DNA from: Verrucomicrobiaceae bacterium
Lineage (GTDB): Bacteria; Verrucomicrobiota; Verrucomicrobiia; Verrucomicrobiales; V1-33
DNA length: 64,000 nt
NCBI GenBank assembly: GCA_027483175.1
Contig: JAIXVE010000229.1
Span: 225 to 64,224, forward strand
Reading direction: 5' to 3'
The translations under genes and the position numbers were made by a program. Every line of letters starts with the position of its first letter. The first letter of the stretch is position 1. Shown piece by piece: positions 48,328-59,000 of this stretch. A model generated the notes under the pieces. That model saw only the letters and a list, made by a program, of their open reading frames with translations. It was not told where the DNA came from and did not search any database.

Positions 48328-49272
48328 ATGAAGGAAAGCCTAACGGACGAGACGATGGAGCCGATGAACGAGCCTGGGAGTGGGGTGGTGATGGAGGCGT
48401 GGAGAGCGGAGCGGGATCGGCTGGAGGAGGAACTGGGGGAGAGGATCACGCTGGATGCGCTGACGGGGCCGCAGGGTGGAGGTGTTGCGGGGTTGAGGGA
48501 TGATGCGGGCGGGGCGGCGGGTTGGCTGATTGCGCAGCGGAAGGGCGGGCACCGGCATTCGATTGATGACGTGCTGACGGCGTGGTATGCGCTGGAGAAG
48601 TCGCCGCGTGTCAGGGAGCATCTGGATCTGGGGACGGGGATTGGGACGGTGGGGTTGCTGACGCTGTGGGGGATGGGTGAGGGGGCGCGGCTGGCGTGTG
48701 TGGAGGCGCAGGCGGTGAGCTGGCGGCTGCTGCAGGCGAACATTGGGGTGAATGGGCTGGGTGGGCGGGTGGAGAGCCGGCATGGGGATTTGCGGGAGAC
48801 GGAGTTCGGGCGGAAGTTTCCGCTGATCACGGGGAGTCCGCCGTATTTTCCGCCAGGGACCGGGGTGCTGCCGGTGGATTCGCAGAAGGCGCATGCGCGG
48901 TTTGAGTTGAGGGGGGATGTGAGGGATTATGCGGTGGCGGCGGCGAGGCAGTTAGAGGTTGGGGGATGGTTTGTGCTGTGTTTTCCGACGCCGCAGAAGG
49001 TGCGGGCGCTGGAGGGGATTGCGGCGGCGGGATTGCGGACGGTGAGGAGGCGGGATGTGATACCGCGGGAATCGCTAGGGGCGCTGTTCACATTGTTTGC
49101 GTGTCGGCACGCGGCGGACGCGGAGGGGGTGGGAGAGGAAGAGGAGGCACCGTTGACGGTGCGGGAGCGGAGCGGGCGGCTGACGGCGGAGATGGCGGCG
49201 GTGCGGCGGGGATTCGGATTTGCGGATGGGCCTGCGCATGGCGGGCATGGGGAGGCTGGAGCAGATTACTGA
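48328..49272 (+). CDS. SAM methyltransferase, TrmN6/YfiC-like
   Basis: QRKGGHRHSIDD, DLGTGIG, GSPPYF, ARFE. Start uncertain. Confidence 0.8.
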   Translation: MKESLTDETMEPMNEPGSGVVMEAWRAERDRLEEELGERITLDALTGPQGGGVAGLRDDAGGAAGWLIAQRKGGHRHSIDDVLTAWYALEKSPRVREHLDLGTGIGTVGLLTLWGMGEGARLACVEAQAVSWRLLQANIGVNGLGGRVESRHGDLRETEFGRKFPLITGSPPYFPPGTGVLPVDSQKAHARFELRGDVRDYAVAAARQLEVGGWFVLCFPTPQKVRALEGIAAAGLRTVRRRDVIPRESLGALFTLFACRHAADAEGVGEEEEAPLTVRERSGRLTAEMAAVRRGFGFADGPAHGGHGEAGADY

Positions 49273-49275
49273 GTT

Positions 49276-50298
49276 ATGAACACAACAAAACCGATGGAAC
49301 CGACCGCTGAGCGCATTCTGCAGACTGGATTTGCCTTCTGGGGGGCGAAGGTGCTGTTATCGGCGGTGGAGATGGAATTGTTCACGGATCTGGCGCGGCG
49401 TCCAGGAGGGTTGGCGGAAGTGAGCGGGCGGATGGGCCTGCATCCGAGGGCGGCGCGGGATTTTCTGGATGCGCTGGTGTCGCTGGGATTTCTGGTGAGG
49501 GAGGAAGGGGTTTATCGGAACGCGCCGGATGCGGAGTGTTATCTCGACAAGGCGAAGCCGTCGTACATTGGCGGGATTCTTGAGATGGCGAATCACCGGC
49601 TGTATCCGTTCTGGGGCGGCCTGACGGCGGCGCTGCGGACGGGGGAGGCGCAGAATGAATCGAGGGGCGGGCAGGATCCGTTTGCGGCGATTTATGCGGA
49701 TCCGGCGCGGCTGCGGGAGTTTCTGCGGGCGATGTCCGGGGTGAGTCGGGTGGCAAACATGGCGATTGCGCGGGTGTTTCCGTGGGGGTCCTATCAAACG
49801 TGTGCGGACATCGGGACGGCGCAGGGGGATCTGGTGACGCAGATTGCGCTGGCGAATCCGCATGTGAGGGGGATTGGGTTTGATCTTCCGGAGGTGGGGC
49901 CGGTGTTTGATGAGTATTTGGAGGCGAACGGGCTGGCTGAGCGGGTGCGGTTTGCGGGCGGGAGTTTTTTCACGGATCCGCTGCCGAAGGCGGACGTGCT
50001 GCTGTTCGGGCACATCCTGCATGACTGGGATCTTGAGACGAAGAAGATGCTGTTAGCGAAGGCGTATGCGGCGCTGCCCGAGGGCGGGGCGGTGGTGGTT
50101 TACGATGCGATCATTGACGATGAGCGGAAGGCGAATGCGTTCGGGCTGCTGATGAGCCTGAACATGCTGATTGAGACGCCGGGCGGGTTTGACTATACGG
50201 CGGCGGACTGCATGGAGTGGATGCGGGAGGCTGGGTTCCGGGAGTGCCGGGTGGAGCATCTGGCGGGACCGGATTCGATGGTGGTGGGAATCCGCTAG
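49276..50298 (+). CDS. O-methyltransferase (Methyltransf_2 with dimerisation domain)
   Basis: [34 protein letters not shown]. Confidence 0.92.
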   Translation: MNTTKPMEPTAERILQTGFAFWGAKVLLSAVEMELFTDLARRPGGLAEVSGRMGLHPRAARDFLDALVSLGFLVREEGVYRNAPDAECYLDKAKPSYIGGILEMANHRLYPFWGGLTAALRTGEAQNESRGGQDPFAAIYADPARLREFLRAMSGVSRVANMAIARVFPWGSYQTCADIGTAQGDLVTQIALANPHVRGIGFDLPEVGPVFDEYLEANGLAERVRFAGGSFFTDPLPKADVLLFGHILHDWDLETKKMLLAKAYAALPEGGAVVVYDAIIDDERKANAFGLLMSLNMLIETPGGFDYTAADCMEWMREAGFRECRVEHLAGPDSMVVGIR

Positions 50299-50452
50299 GG
50301 AGCGGTGCGGCGGCGGGGTGCACGTTGGCGGTAACCTTGTTGTTACGGTGGGAAGCTGGCGGTTTGTGCGGGTGTCGGTGAAAAGCCGTGCAGCCGCAGC
50401 GATGGAATCCATGAGGGTTCGAGACATCCGAAACCAGCGGCGCACCCATGAC

Positions 50453-51589
50453 ATGAACACATTGAAATCCCTGAGCGTTCCTTTTGCCGGCCGAGTGGCC
50501 CGGTCTTTGATTTGCGGCATCGGCATTGGACTGGTGCCCGCGGCTAGCGTGGTGGCGCAGACGACGTACACGCTGATTGATCTGACGCCGGGGGCGTCGG
50601 GGGTGGCGCAGGCGGTGGCTCCGGGCCGGGTGGCGGGGTTGACGGGTTATGCGGCGTCGGCGTTTACCGGGCGTGCGACATTGTGGACGAGTGGCGGGGC
50701 GGTCGATTTGCATCCCGGGTATCTGGACGGGGCGGGGGCGCGGTCGTCGGTGCTGGGGATGGGGGGTGGCTTGCAGGTGGGGATCGGTGCGGGGGCGGCG
50801 ACGGGGAATCGGAATGTGCCGATGGCGTGGCGGGATTCGGCGGAGAGCGCGACGATACTGAACATACCGTTTACGAATGCGGGCGGGCAGGCGACGGCGA
50901 CGGACGGCGTGCAGATTGTGGGGTCGGCGATTGGGTTGAACCGTGACGGGACGACGCTCGACAGCGCGCATGCGATGATCTGGGATGTGGCGACGGGAGG
51001 GGCGGTGGACCTTGGTGCGGACGCGGTCTTGAGCGATGTGGCGGGCGGGCAGCAGGTGGGGATGGCTCTCAAGAGCCTAGCGAATGCGGCGCTGTGGCGG
51101 GGGACGAAGTCGTACACGCTGCTGCATCCGAAGAATGCGGTGGTGTCGGTGGCGAGCGGGACGGACGGGGTGCGTCAGGTGGGGTATGCGGGGTTTGATG
51201 TGAGGGTGCGGGTGGAGGCGGTGAAGGGGAACAAGGACAAGCGGTTCAACTATGCGCATGTCTGGAGCGGGAGTGCGGCGAGTGCGGTGAACATTCACCC
51301 GTATGTGTCGAGTTTTGACGGGGCGTTCTTCGAGCACAGTTATGCGGTGAAGACGGCGGGTGGGTATACGGCTGGGTATGTGACGAATCTGGCGAAGCTA
51401 GGGACGCCGGCGTATTACCGGGCGGTGGTGTGGAATGCGGCGTATGAGGCGGTGGATCTGAGTGCGTGGCTGCCGGCTGGGTTTATCGGGTCGCAGGCGC
51501 TGGCGGTGGATGGAGCGGGGAATGTGGCTGGTGTGATGACGAAGGCTGACGGCACGCGCCACGCGGTGGTGTGGGTTCCGAATTTCTGA
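50453..51589 (+). CDS. Secreted repeat protein (HAF-like extracellular repeats)
   Basis: Signal peptide; recurring Q(V/I)VG...(H)A..W...(D)LHP units. Confidence 0.75.
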   Translation: MNTLKSLSVPFAGRVARSLICGIGIGLVPAASVVAQTTYTLIDLTPGASGVAQAVAPGRVAGLTGYAASAFTGRATLWTSGGAVDLHPGYLDGAGARSSVLGMGGGLQVGIGAGAATGNRNVPMAWRDSAESATILNIPFTNAGGQATATDGVQIVGSAIGLNRDGTTLDSAHAMIWDVATGGAVDLGADAVLSDVAGGQQVGMALKSLANAALWRGTKSYTLLHPKNAVVSVASGTDGVRQVGYAGFDVRVRVEAVKGNKDKRFNYAHVWSGSAASAVNIHPYVSSFDGAFFEHSYAVKTAGGYTAGYVTNLAKLGTPAYYRAVVWNAAYEAVDLSAWLPAGFIGSQALAVDGAGNVAGVMTKADGTRHAVVWVPNF

Positions 51590-51605
51590 TGGAGCGGAGG
51601 GAGGA

Positions 51606-51638
51606 GCGGCCGCCGTCCTGTGGTGGGGCGGCGGCCGT
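51606..51638. terminator. GC hairpin between convergent genes
   Basis: GCGGCCGCCGTCC...GGGCGGCGGCCGT; no clear U tail. Confidence 0.45.
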
Positions 51639-51651
51639 GTGGTTTGGGGAG

Positions 51652-52131
51652 TCAGGGGTTTGCGGAAGATGCGGGTGGCGGCGGCCAGACTGTGCTAGCG
51701 AGTTCTGGCGGGAGCTGGGTGGGATCGACCGGGTAGAAGCCTGAGAGGTCCGTGGGGGAGAGCGAGCCTTTGAGGAATTCGATTTCTTCGGGAGCGCCGA
51801 TGATGAGCCAGAGGACAGGGTCAGGGGAATCGTTGAAGACCTGGCGGAGTTGGTCTGGGCCGACGAGGACGCCGCCGTGTTTCGGGATGGTGAGGGAGGT
51901 GTCGCCGATGCGGATTCGGCCGGTGCCTTCGAGGACGAAGTAGAATTCTTCCGAGCGGAGGTGTTTGTGGAGTGTGTTGGCGCTGAAGGGTGGGAGGTGC
52001 CAGAGACGAGCGCCGAGGATTTCGGAGCCGGTGCGTTCAAGGTAATCCGCGTTGGGGATCTTCATGAGGTTGGATTCGCGCCAGAGGAGGTCGTCGGGGG
52101 TGATGACGTGGTAACCGGTGATGGGGGTCAT
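51652..52131 (-). CDS. Cupin domain protein
   Basis: LHKH..SEEFYFVLEGTG motif. Confidence 0.88.
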   Translation of the reverse strand: MTPITGYHVITPDDLLWRESNLMKIPNADYLERTGSEILGARLWHLPPFSANTLHKHLRSEEFYFVLEGTGRIRIGDTSLTIPKHGGVLVGPDQLRQVFNDSPDPVLWLIIGAPEEIEFLKGSLSPTDLSGFYPVDPTQLPPELASTVWPPPPASSANP

Positions 52132-52163
52132 GGTCGGGGGGCGGTGGGGAAGTGTGAGGGAGG

Positions 52164-52889
52164 TTACTGGGAGCGAGCGATGATGCCGAGGAGGTAGCGG
52201 ACCTCGTCGTCGGTGTCTGAGGGGTGTTCGACGGTGGCTGCGACGGTGGCGCGGAGGGAATCAGCGAGACGTTGTCTCGCGCGATGGACGGCGAGGCGGA
52301 CCTGGCTTTCTGAGATGGCGAGTTGGGCGGCGACTTCGGCTGGATTGCCGAGACCGCCTGGGCGGAGGAGCCCGTGTTTGATGGCGGCGAAGAGGGTGCT
52401 GCGGCCGCGGGAGGCGTAGCTGGTTTCGAGAGAGGTGAGGGCCTGGTCGAGAGTGGTGCGGGCCCAGTCTTCGTCGTAGGAGGCTGCGGCTTCGTCGGTG
52501 TCTGGGGAGGGGAGGGAATCGGCGTGGAGGTCGAGGGGGTCGGAGAGACGGTTAGTGGAGCGGCGCTGGGCGTAGGATTTGCGCCAGTGGTTCTGGAGGT
52601 GGCGGGTGGCGGCGTGTTTGATGAAGGTGCGGAGGCGGGCGATGCCTGGGTTGGCGCGGTGGAAGCCGCCGGAGCGAAGGAAGGAGGCGAAGAAGTCCTG
52701 GGTGACGTCCGGGGCGTCGGTTGGAGGGCAGCCGAGGGCGATGAGGTAGCGGTGGACTGGATCCCAGTAGGTGCGGCAGAGGGAGTCGAGGGCGGCGGAG
52801 CCGAGGGGGAGGTCGCTGCCGCCCTGGACGCGGCGGACGAGAGTCCATGCGGTGGCTGGGAAGAGCGGTTGGGCGGGTGGCGGCTCCAT
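52164..52889 (-). CDS. ECF sigma factor (PVC-type, usually Ser/Thr-kinase associated)
   Basis: FPATAWTLV, ALDSLCRTYWDPVHRY, DAPDVTQDFF, YDEDWA, AVHRARQR, DEVRYL. Confidence 0.9.
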   Translation of the reverse strand: MEPPPAQPLFPATAWTLVRRVQGGSDLPLGSAALDSLCRTYWDPVHRYLIALGCPPTDAPDVTQDFFASFLRSGGFHRANPGIARLRTFIKHAATRHLQNHWRKSYAQRRSTNRLSDPLDLHADSLPSPDTDEAAASYDEDWARTTLDQALTSLETSYASRGRSTLFAAIKHGLLRPGGLGNPAEVAAQLAISESQVRLAVHRARQRLADSLRATVAATVEHPSDTDDEVRYLLGIIARSQ

Positions 52890-53018
52890 GGTTCTGGTGA
52901 GGGGAACGTCAGAGTACCGGAAGCGGGCGCATGGGGGATGGTAGTGTGGGAGGGACCGAAGGGAAAGAAATTTTCCGTCGGGTGAAACAAGCCGGGGAGG
53001 ATCGGGAATGAGGGGGAG

Positions 53019-56000
53019 ATGAAAAGAATTGTATTTCTGTTGGTGCTGGCTGCGCGGCAGCTGGTTGGGGCGGCTCCGTTTGATGCGTTGGCGGATCGAG
53101 TGCTGGGGCAGCCGAGCATGACGGCGCAGGAGAGGGGGCATAGTGCCTCGCGGTTTGATTTTCCGAGAGCGGTGGCGGTGGATGGGCGGACGCGGCGGAT
53201 TTTTGTGGCGACGGGAGGGCACCGGGTGTTGTCGTGGCCGGACGCGGCGGCGTTCAGTGATGGTGCGGCGGCGGATCTGGTGCTGGGGCAGGGGGATTTT
53301 GAAGCGAGTGAACTGCCGGTGCTGGATGCGCGGCGGTTGAATGCGCCGAATGACCTTGCGGTGGATCCTGCGGGGAACCTGTATGTGGCGAGTCTAGCGG
53401 ATGACCGGGTGATGGTATTCCGGCCGCCGTTCAGTACGGGCATGGCGGCTTCGATGGTGATCGGGCAGGTGGATTTTGGGAGCAGTGGAATCGGGACGGG
53501 AGGGGACCGATTGGCCAATCCGCGGGGAATTGAGTGTGATGCGGCGGGGAATCTGTGGGTGGCCGACAGTACGAACCACCGGGTGCTGCGATTTCCTGCG
53601 CCGGCGCTGACGGGTCGGAGGAGTGCGGACCTTGTGATCGGGCAGGTGGACATGAGCAGTGGTGGCGATCCTGCGGGACCTGGAGCCGGGGTATTGTATG
53701 ATCCGCAGGACGTGGCGGTGGGTGCGGGAGGGGAGGTATGGGTGGCGGACAGTTATAACCGGGTATTGAGGTTTGCGAGTCCGGTGACGGGGGCGGTGGC
53801 GGATCTGGTGCTAGGGCAGCCTGGGTTCGGGGCCGGGGCGGTGAATCGCGGAGGGGCGACGGGAGCGGATGGGTTGAGTGCTGTCAATTCTCTGGCGGTT
53901 GATGGGCAGGGGCGGGTGTGGTGTGCGGATGAGGGCAACCGGCGGGTGGTGGGTTATGAGCCGCCGTTTGTGACGGGGATGGCGGCGACGCTGCTGATGG
54001 GGCAGGTGGATTTTGTGTCGAGGGTGTTCCCGGCTCCGCCGGGGCCAGGGTTATTGTCGCGTACGAGTGGATTGGCGGTGGATGGTGAAGGGGATGTGTA
54101 TGTGGCGGATCTGGATGCTGACCGGGTGGTGGTGTACGACACGCCTGGGGAGTTGAGGCGACCGGTGATTGGGGGATTGGTGCCTGAGGTGCAGACGGTG
54201 AATGCGGGGGCTGGGCAGCTGGTGGTGAGTGGTGGGAATTTTGTGACGTCGTCGGTGGTGCAGGTGAATGGGGTGGCGAGGCCGACTGAGTGGATTCATG
54301 GGGGGAGACTGGTGGCGACGCTGGCTGCGGAGGATACGGCTGTGGTGGGGACGGTGATGGTGACGGTGAGGACGCCTGGGGTGGCTGGTGGGGTGGAGAC
54401 GAGTGAGGCGGTGGCGCTGCCGGTGGTGGCGCAGATCAGTCAGGATGTGATTGCGGACCGTGTGCTGGGGCAGGGTGGGTTTGGGGGGAGTGAGGCGAAT
54501 GCGGCGGGGTTGGGGCCGGTGGCGGTGACGGCGGAGAGCGGGGTGGGGCTGGCTAGTGCGGCGTCGCTGCGTGAGCCGGGAGGGATAGCGGTGAGTTGGG
54601 TGACTGGGCAGGTGTTTGTGGCGGACCGAGGGAACAACCGGGTGCTGGTGTGGAGCAATGGGGCGAGTTTTTCGAATGCGCAGCCGGCGGACGTGGTGAT
54701 CGGGCAGGTGGATTTTCTGCGGACGGCGGCGAATGGCGGGCGCGGGAGTGCGGGGAACGATGTGTTGAGCGGCCCGGTGGGGGTGGCGCTGAGGGTGGGA
54801 GGGGAACTGGTGGTGAGTGATGCGGGGAATAACCGGATCATGGTGTACAGTCCGCCGTTCACGAGTGGGATGTCAGGGCGGGCGGTGGTGCTGAAGGGAG
54901 GGGGGGCGGTTGGGCCTGGGGCGGTGGCAGCGGCGGTGGATTCGGGGCGGTTTGCGGTGGCGTTTCCGTTGAGCGGCGAGGTGTGGGTGATGGATGCGGA
55001 TTTCGGGGGGGAGAAAGTCAGCATGGTGGCGACGCTTGGGGTGATGGTGGGGAGTGAGTACCGGCTGGATGGGCCGGGGGGTGTGGCATTTATGCCGGAT
55101 GGGGGGTTAGTAGTGGCGGACACGGGGCATCACCGGGTGCTGGTGTACGGGGCGGGGGTGCTAGATGCGGGGACGCCAGGGGTGGTGCCGGAGCGGGTGC
55201 TGGGGCAGGTGGATTTTCTGGGGACGGCGGCGAATGCGGGTGGGCGGAATGCGCGAGGGTTGAATGGGCCGGGAGCGCTGGTGTGTGATCCTGTGGGGAA
55301 TCTGTGGGTGGCGGACCAGGGGAATGGGCGGGTGCTGAGGTATGCGGACATTGGTGGGCTGACAGCGAACCGGCCGGCGGCGGTGCAGGTGCTGGGTGCG
55401 CCTAACTTTACGAGTTCGGGTGCGGGGAGTGCGGCGGGAGCGGGGACGGTTGGGGTGGTGAGTGGGCTGGCATTGAATTTCAATGCGAACCTGTTTGTGG
55501 CGGATGCTGGGTTTCACCGGGTGGTGAGGTATGGGAATCCGCTGGCGGAGGACTGGCCGTTCATTGAGTGGCGGGGGACGCGGTTTACGGCGGCGGAGCG
55601 GCGGGATCCGCTGGTGAGCGGAGCGGCGGCGGACCCTGACGGGGACGGGCGGGGGAATGCGCTGGAGTATCTGGCGCTGACGAATCCGAAGGTTGCGGAC
55701 GGTGTTGGGGATCTGGTGTCGGTGACGGCGATGAGGGAGGGAGAAGTGGATGTGCGACTCGGGGTGACGATCCGATTGAACCGTGATGCGGTGGATGTTC
55801 CGGCGTGGGTGGAAGTGAGTACGGATCTGTGGAGATGGTCGGCGGCGGCGGAGTTGCGCGGTGGGGAGTTGGTGGAGACCTGGGCATTTTCTGACAATGG
55901 GTTGCTGGTGGCGGCACCGGGGTCACCGTTGCTGCAGCCGAACCGGGCGACGCATCAATTGTCCGGGGTTCTGGAAGGGCAGCGGGTGTTTGTGAGACTG

Positions 56001-56039
56001 AGCACGAAGGCGCGGAATGGGGGCAACGGAGTCAACTGA
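53019..56039 (+). CDS. Secreted NHL-repeat protein with IPT/TIG-like domain and verrucomicrobial C-terminal DPDGDG domain
   Basis: Signal peptide; many ADxVLGQxDF / LxVADxxNxRV repeats; ADPDGDGRGNALEY; ends QRVFVRL. Confidence 0.88.
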   Translation: MKRIVFLLVLAARQLVGAAPFDALADRVLGQPSMTAQERGHSASRFDFPRAVAVDGRTRRIFVATGGHRVLSWPDAAAFSDGAAADLVLGQGDFEASELPVLDARRLNAPNDLAVDPAGNLYVASLADDRVMVFRPPFSTGMAASMVIGQVDFGSSGIGTGGDRLANPRGIECDAAGNLWVADSTNHRVLRFPAPALTGRRSADLVIGQVDMSSGGDPAGPGAGVLYDPQDVAVGAGGEVWVADSYNRVLRFASPVTGAVADLVLGQPGFGAGAVNRGGATGADGLSAVNSLAVDGQGRVWCADEGNRRVVGYEPPFVTGMAATLLMGQVDFVSRVFPAPPGPGLLSRTSGLAVDGEGDVYVADLDADRVVVYDTPGELRRPVIGGLVPEVQTVNAGAGQLVVSGGNFVTSSVVQVNGVARPTEWIHGGRLVATLAAEDTAVVGTVMVTVRTPGVAGGVETSEAVALPVVAQISQDVIADRVLGQGGFGGSEANAAGLGPVAVTAESGVGLASAASLREPGGIAVSWVTGQVFVADRGNNRVLVWSNGASFSNAQPADVVIGQVDFLRTAANGGRGSAGNDVLSGPVGVALRVGGELVVSDAGNNRIMVYSPPFTSGMSGRAVVLKGGGAVGPGAVAAAVDSGRFAVAFPLSGEVWVMDADFGGEKVSMVATLGVMVGSEYRLDGPGGVAFMPDGGLVVADTGHHRVLVYGAGVLDAGTPGVVPERVLGQVDFLGTAANAGGRNARGLNGPGALVCDPVGNLWVADQGNGRVLRYADIGGLTANRPAAVQVLGAPNFTSSGAGSAAGAGTVGVVSGLALNFNANLFVADAGFHRVVRYGNPLAEDWPFIEWRGTRFTAAERRDPLVSGAAADPDGDGRGNALEYLALTNPKVADGVGDLVSVTAMREGEVDVRLGVTIRLNRDAVDVPAWVEVSTDLWRWSAAAELRGGELVETWAFSDNGLLVAAPGSPLLQPNRATHQLSGVLEGQRVFVRLSTKARNGGNGVN

Positions 56040-56058
56040 ATCAACTGAGGATAATGCG

Positions 56059-59000
56059 ATGAGACGAACGATACTGATGATCCTGACAATTGCCTGTGCG
56101 GAGGCGCATGGGGCGGTGCGCGAGTGGACGGGGGGCGGGGGCGACGGGCGGTGGAGCACGGCGGCGAACTGGGTTCCGGCGGTGGTGCCGGTGAATGGGG
56201 ATGAGGTTGTGGTGAAGAATGATGTGGCGGGCAGCGGGGCATTTACGACGGAGAACGACTTGATCGGGCTGGAGGTGGCTGGGATTACGGTGGGTGCGCG
56301 GCGCGTAACGGTGACAGGTCGGGAGATCACGCTGACGGGGAAGCTGACGAGATTGGCCGGGGGCGTGGAGACGGTGGTGCTTCCGGCGATCCGATTGGGC
56401 GGAACGGGCGTGCGGGACATGATGGTGCGGGGGGATATGCAGTTAGGTGGGCTGGTGATGAACGGGCGGGATGTGGTGGTGGATCTGGAGGATGCGAGGC
56501 TGACGGTGGAGCGGCCGGAGGGGACGGGAACGGTGAGTCTGCGGAGTGAGGATGAGAGTGGCGAGGTGGTGGTGCGGACGCCGCCGGTGGCGGGAGCGGC
56601 GGCGGGGTTGCGCTGGGTGGTGGATGGTTGTGAGTTGACGGTGGATTCGCCGGTTGCGGTGGCGGAACCGGTGTGCGGGGGAGAGTTTGTGGTGGGCGGG
56701 AGCGGGCGGGAGTCGGTGCTGTCCCTTGAGGGCGGGCGGGCGCTGCGGGAGGATGCGGTGGTGAAAGTGTTCTCAGACGGGTGGGTGCGGACGTGGGGGA
56801 TCACGGGAGCGGGTTATGTGACGTCACAGTTGCCGCTGGTGGAGCTGCACGGTGGTCAGCTGGTGCTGGATGCGTCGGCGTTCTCGGTTGGCGGGATCCG
56901 GGGAATGGCGGGGACGGATTCGCTGATGACAAACAATGCGCGGGCGTTCGAGATGAATTTTGCGGAAGGGCAGGGGATTCATGTGGAGGCGGGAGCGAGG
57001 GTGACGGTGGATATATCGATCGAGAGTGGGCGGCCGGCGATGTTTACGGGCAAAGGGACGGTGGCGATCGCGCCGATCAATGATGCGATTGCCGGGCAGC
57101 CGGGCGGGGAACTGGGAGTGGACGAGGTGGTGGTGGATGGGCCGGTGTTAGTGCTGGACGATACTGAGAAGCTGGCGCGTCGCTTGGCAAGGGTGCCGCG
57201 GTTCACGGTGCGCGGGGGAGGGGTGCTAGTGACGGGGCACAATGATCTCGGCACGCAGACGGTGGTGCCTGACATTGTGCTGGAGAGCGGGACATTGCGG
57301 ATTGAGGAAGGGGTGGTGCTGGAGGCGGGCGCGGGTCTGGGGATTTCGGTGAGCGGGACGAGTCGGATTGAGGTGGTGGGGGATGTGGTGCTGCGGAGCC
57401 GGATCAGCGGGACGGGGACGCTGGTGTTTGATGCGGCGACGGCGGAGGCGCGGGAGACGTCGTCGTTGCGGTGGGCGGCGTCGGCGGTGGGGGCGGCGCA
57501 TGATGGGAACTTCTTCGAGGGAGCGACGGATATCCGGCTGAGGACGATGCGGTGGGTTCAGGAGACGAGACCGGCGGAGGGAACGGAGCTGCTGCTAGGG
57601 GTGCCGGGGGCGGCGGTGACGATCGAACTGAGCGATGTAATGGAGCGGATGAGCGGTGTGACGGTGCGGGCGGGGACGACGGTGCGGCAGAGGGCGGCGC
57701 TGCCGATGGGATTGCTGAGGTTCACGGGATCGGGGCGCTGGAATGCGTCGGCGGGTGAGGTGATTGAAGCGGACCGAGTGCGGGTTCAGGGGGTCGGATC
57801 GCTAGTGACCCTGACAGGGGACCTGGAGGTGCAGAAGGAGCTAGGAACGGGAGCTGAGGGGAATGTGCTGGTGCATTCGGGGGCGTTGCGTGGGACGGGG
57901 ACGGTGGTGAAGACGGGTGTGGGACTATTGCGGTTAGGCGGGGTGAATGCGGGGACGTTCAGCGGGGTGCTGGCGGTGGAGGAAGGAGAGGTGAACATTG
58001 AGAAGCCGACGGGGGTGCGGGTGTTCGGGGGTGGGGATCTGAGGATCGGGGAGCGCGCGGCGGCGGTGGTGCGGGTGGTGGGGCATGGGAACGTGGATGG
58101 GGGCATGGCGGTGCTGATGGGTGCGGGCGGGGAGCTGGACATGAGTGCGGTGGCTGCGCCGCGGATTGATATGATAGGGACGCTGACGGGAGCGGGGATG
58201 GTACGGGTGCCGGCCGGGGGGCTGGCGATCGGGCTGGATGGCGGGAGTGGGACGTATGGCGGGGCGGTGACGGGAGGCGGGATGCTGGTGAAGGGAGGGG
58301 TTGGGGTGCAGCGGCTGGGAGGGAGTGTTAGTCCGGTGGGGAGTGTGATCGCGGCGGGCGGGACCCTGATGTTGAACGGGACGGTGACGGCGGGTGGGGT
58401 GACGGTGAGGCCGGGAGCGGTGCTGGGAGGGACGGGGGTGATTCCGGCGGTGACGGTGGAGAGCGGTGGGGGGATTGCGCCGGGGGATGGCGGTGGGGAA
58501 TTGAGTGCGGGGAACCTTCAGATGCTGGCTGGATCGCGGTTTCTGAATGCGATTGGCGGGAGTGGGGCGGCGCCGGTGTTCGGGCGTGTCAGGGTGACGG
58601 GCACGGTGGTGGTGGACGGGGCGGTGCTGGAGTTCGGGCAGTCGATCGTGCCGGTGGTCGGGGCGGAGTTCCGGTTGATCGATAACAATGGGAGCGATGC
58701 GATCAGCGGGTTGTTTGCGGGGGTGGTGAATGGCGGGCAGTGGAGTGTGGCGAATCTGGATTTCACGGCGATGTATGGTGGCGGGACGGGCAATGATTTT
58801 GTGCTGAAGTTTACGGGGACGAATGCGGTGCCGTCCGGGCAGCCACCGGTGTTTCCAAACCCGGCGGTGGTGCGGGTGGATGAGGGGAAGGTGGCGGAAG
58901 TGTCGTGTGTGGCGAGTGATCCGGATCCTGCGCAGACGATGACTTATGCGCTGGTGGCTCCCGTGTTAGGCGGGGCGGTGCTGGATGCGCGGACGGGACT

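Noticed and set aside
46754-50298. VOC-ADH-MTase-O-MTase run as a biosynthetic gene cluster
   Set aside because: No scaffold-forming enzyme, transporter or regulator; common stand-alone families.
56029-56049. Short tandem TCAACTGA repeat at the NHL/adhesin gene junction
   Set aside because: Only two copies overlapping a stop codon; could be chance.
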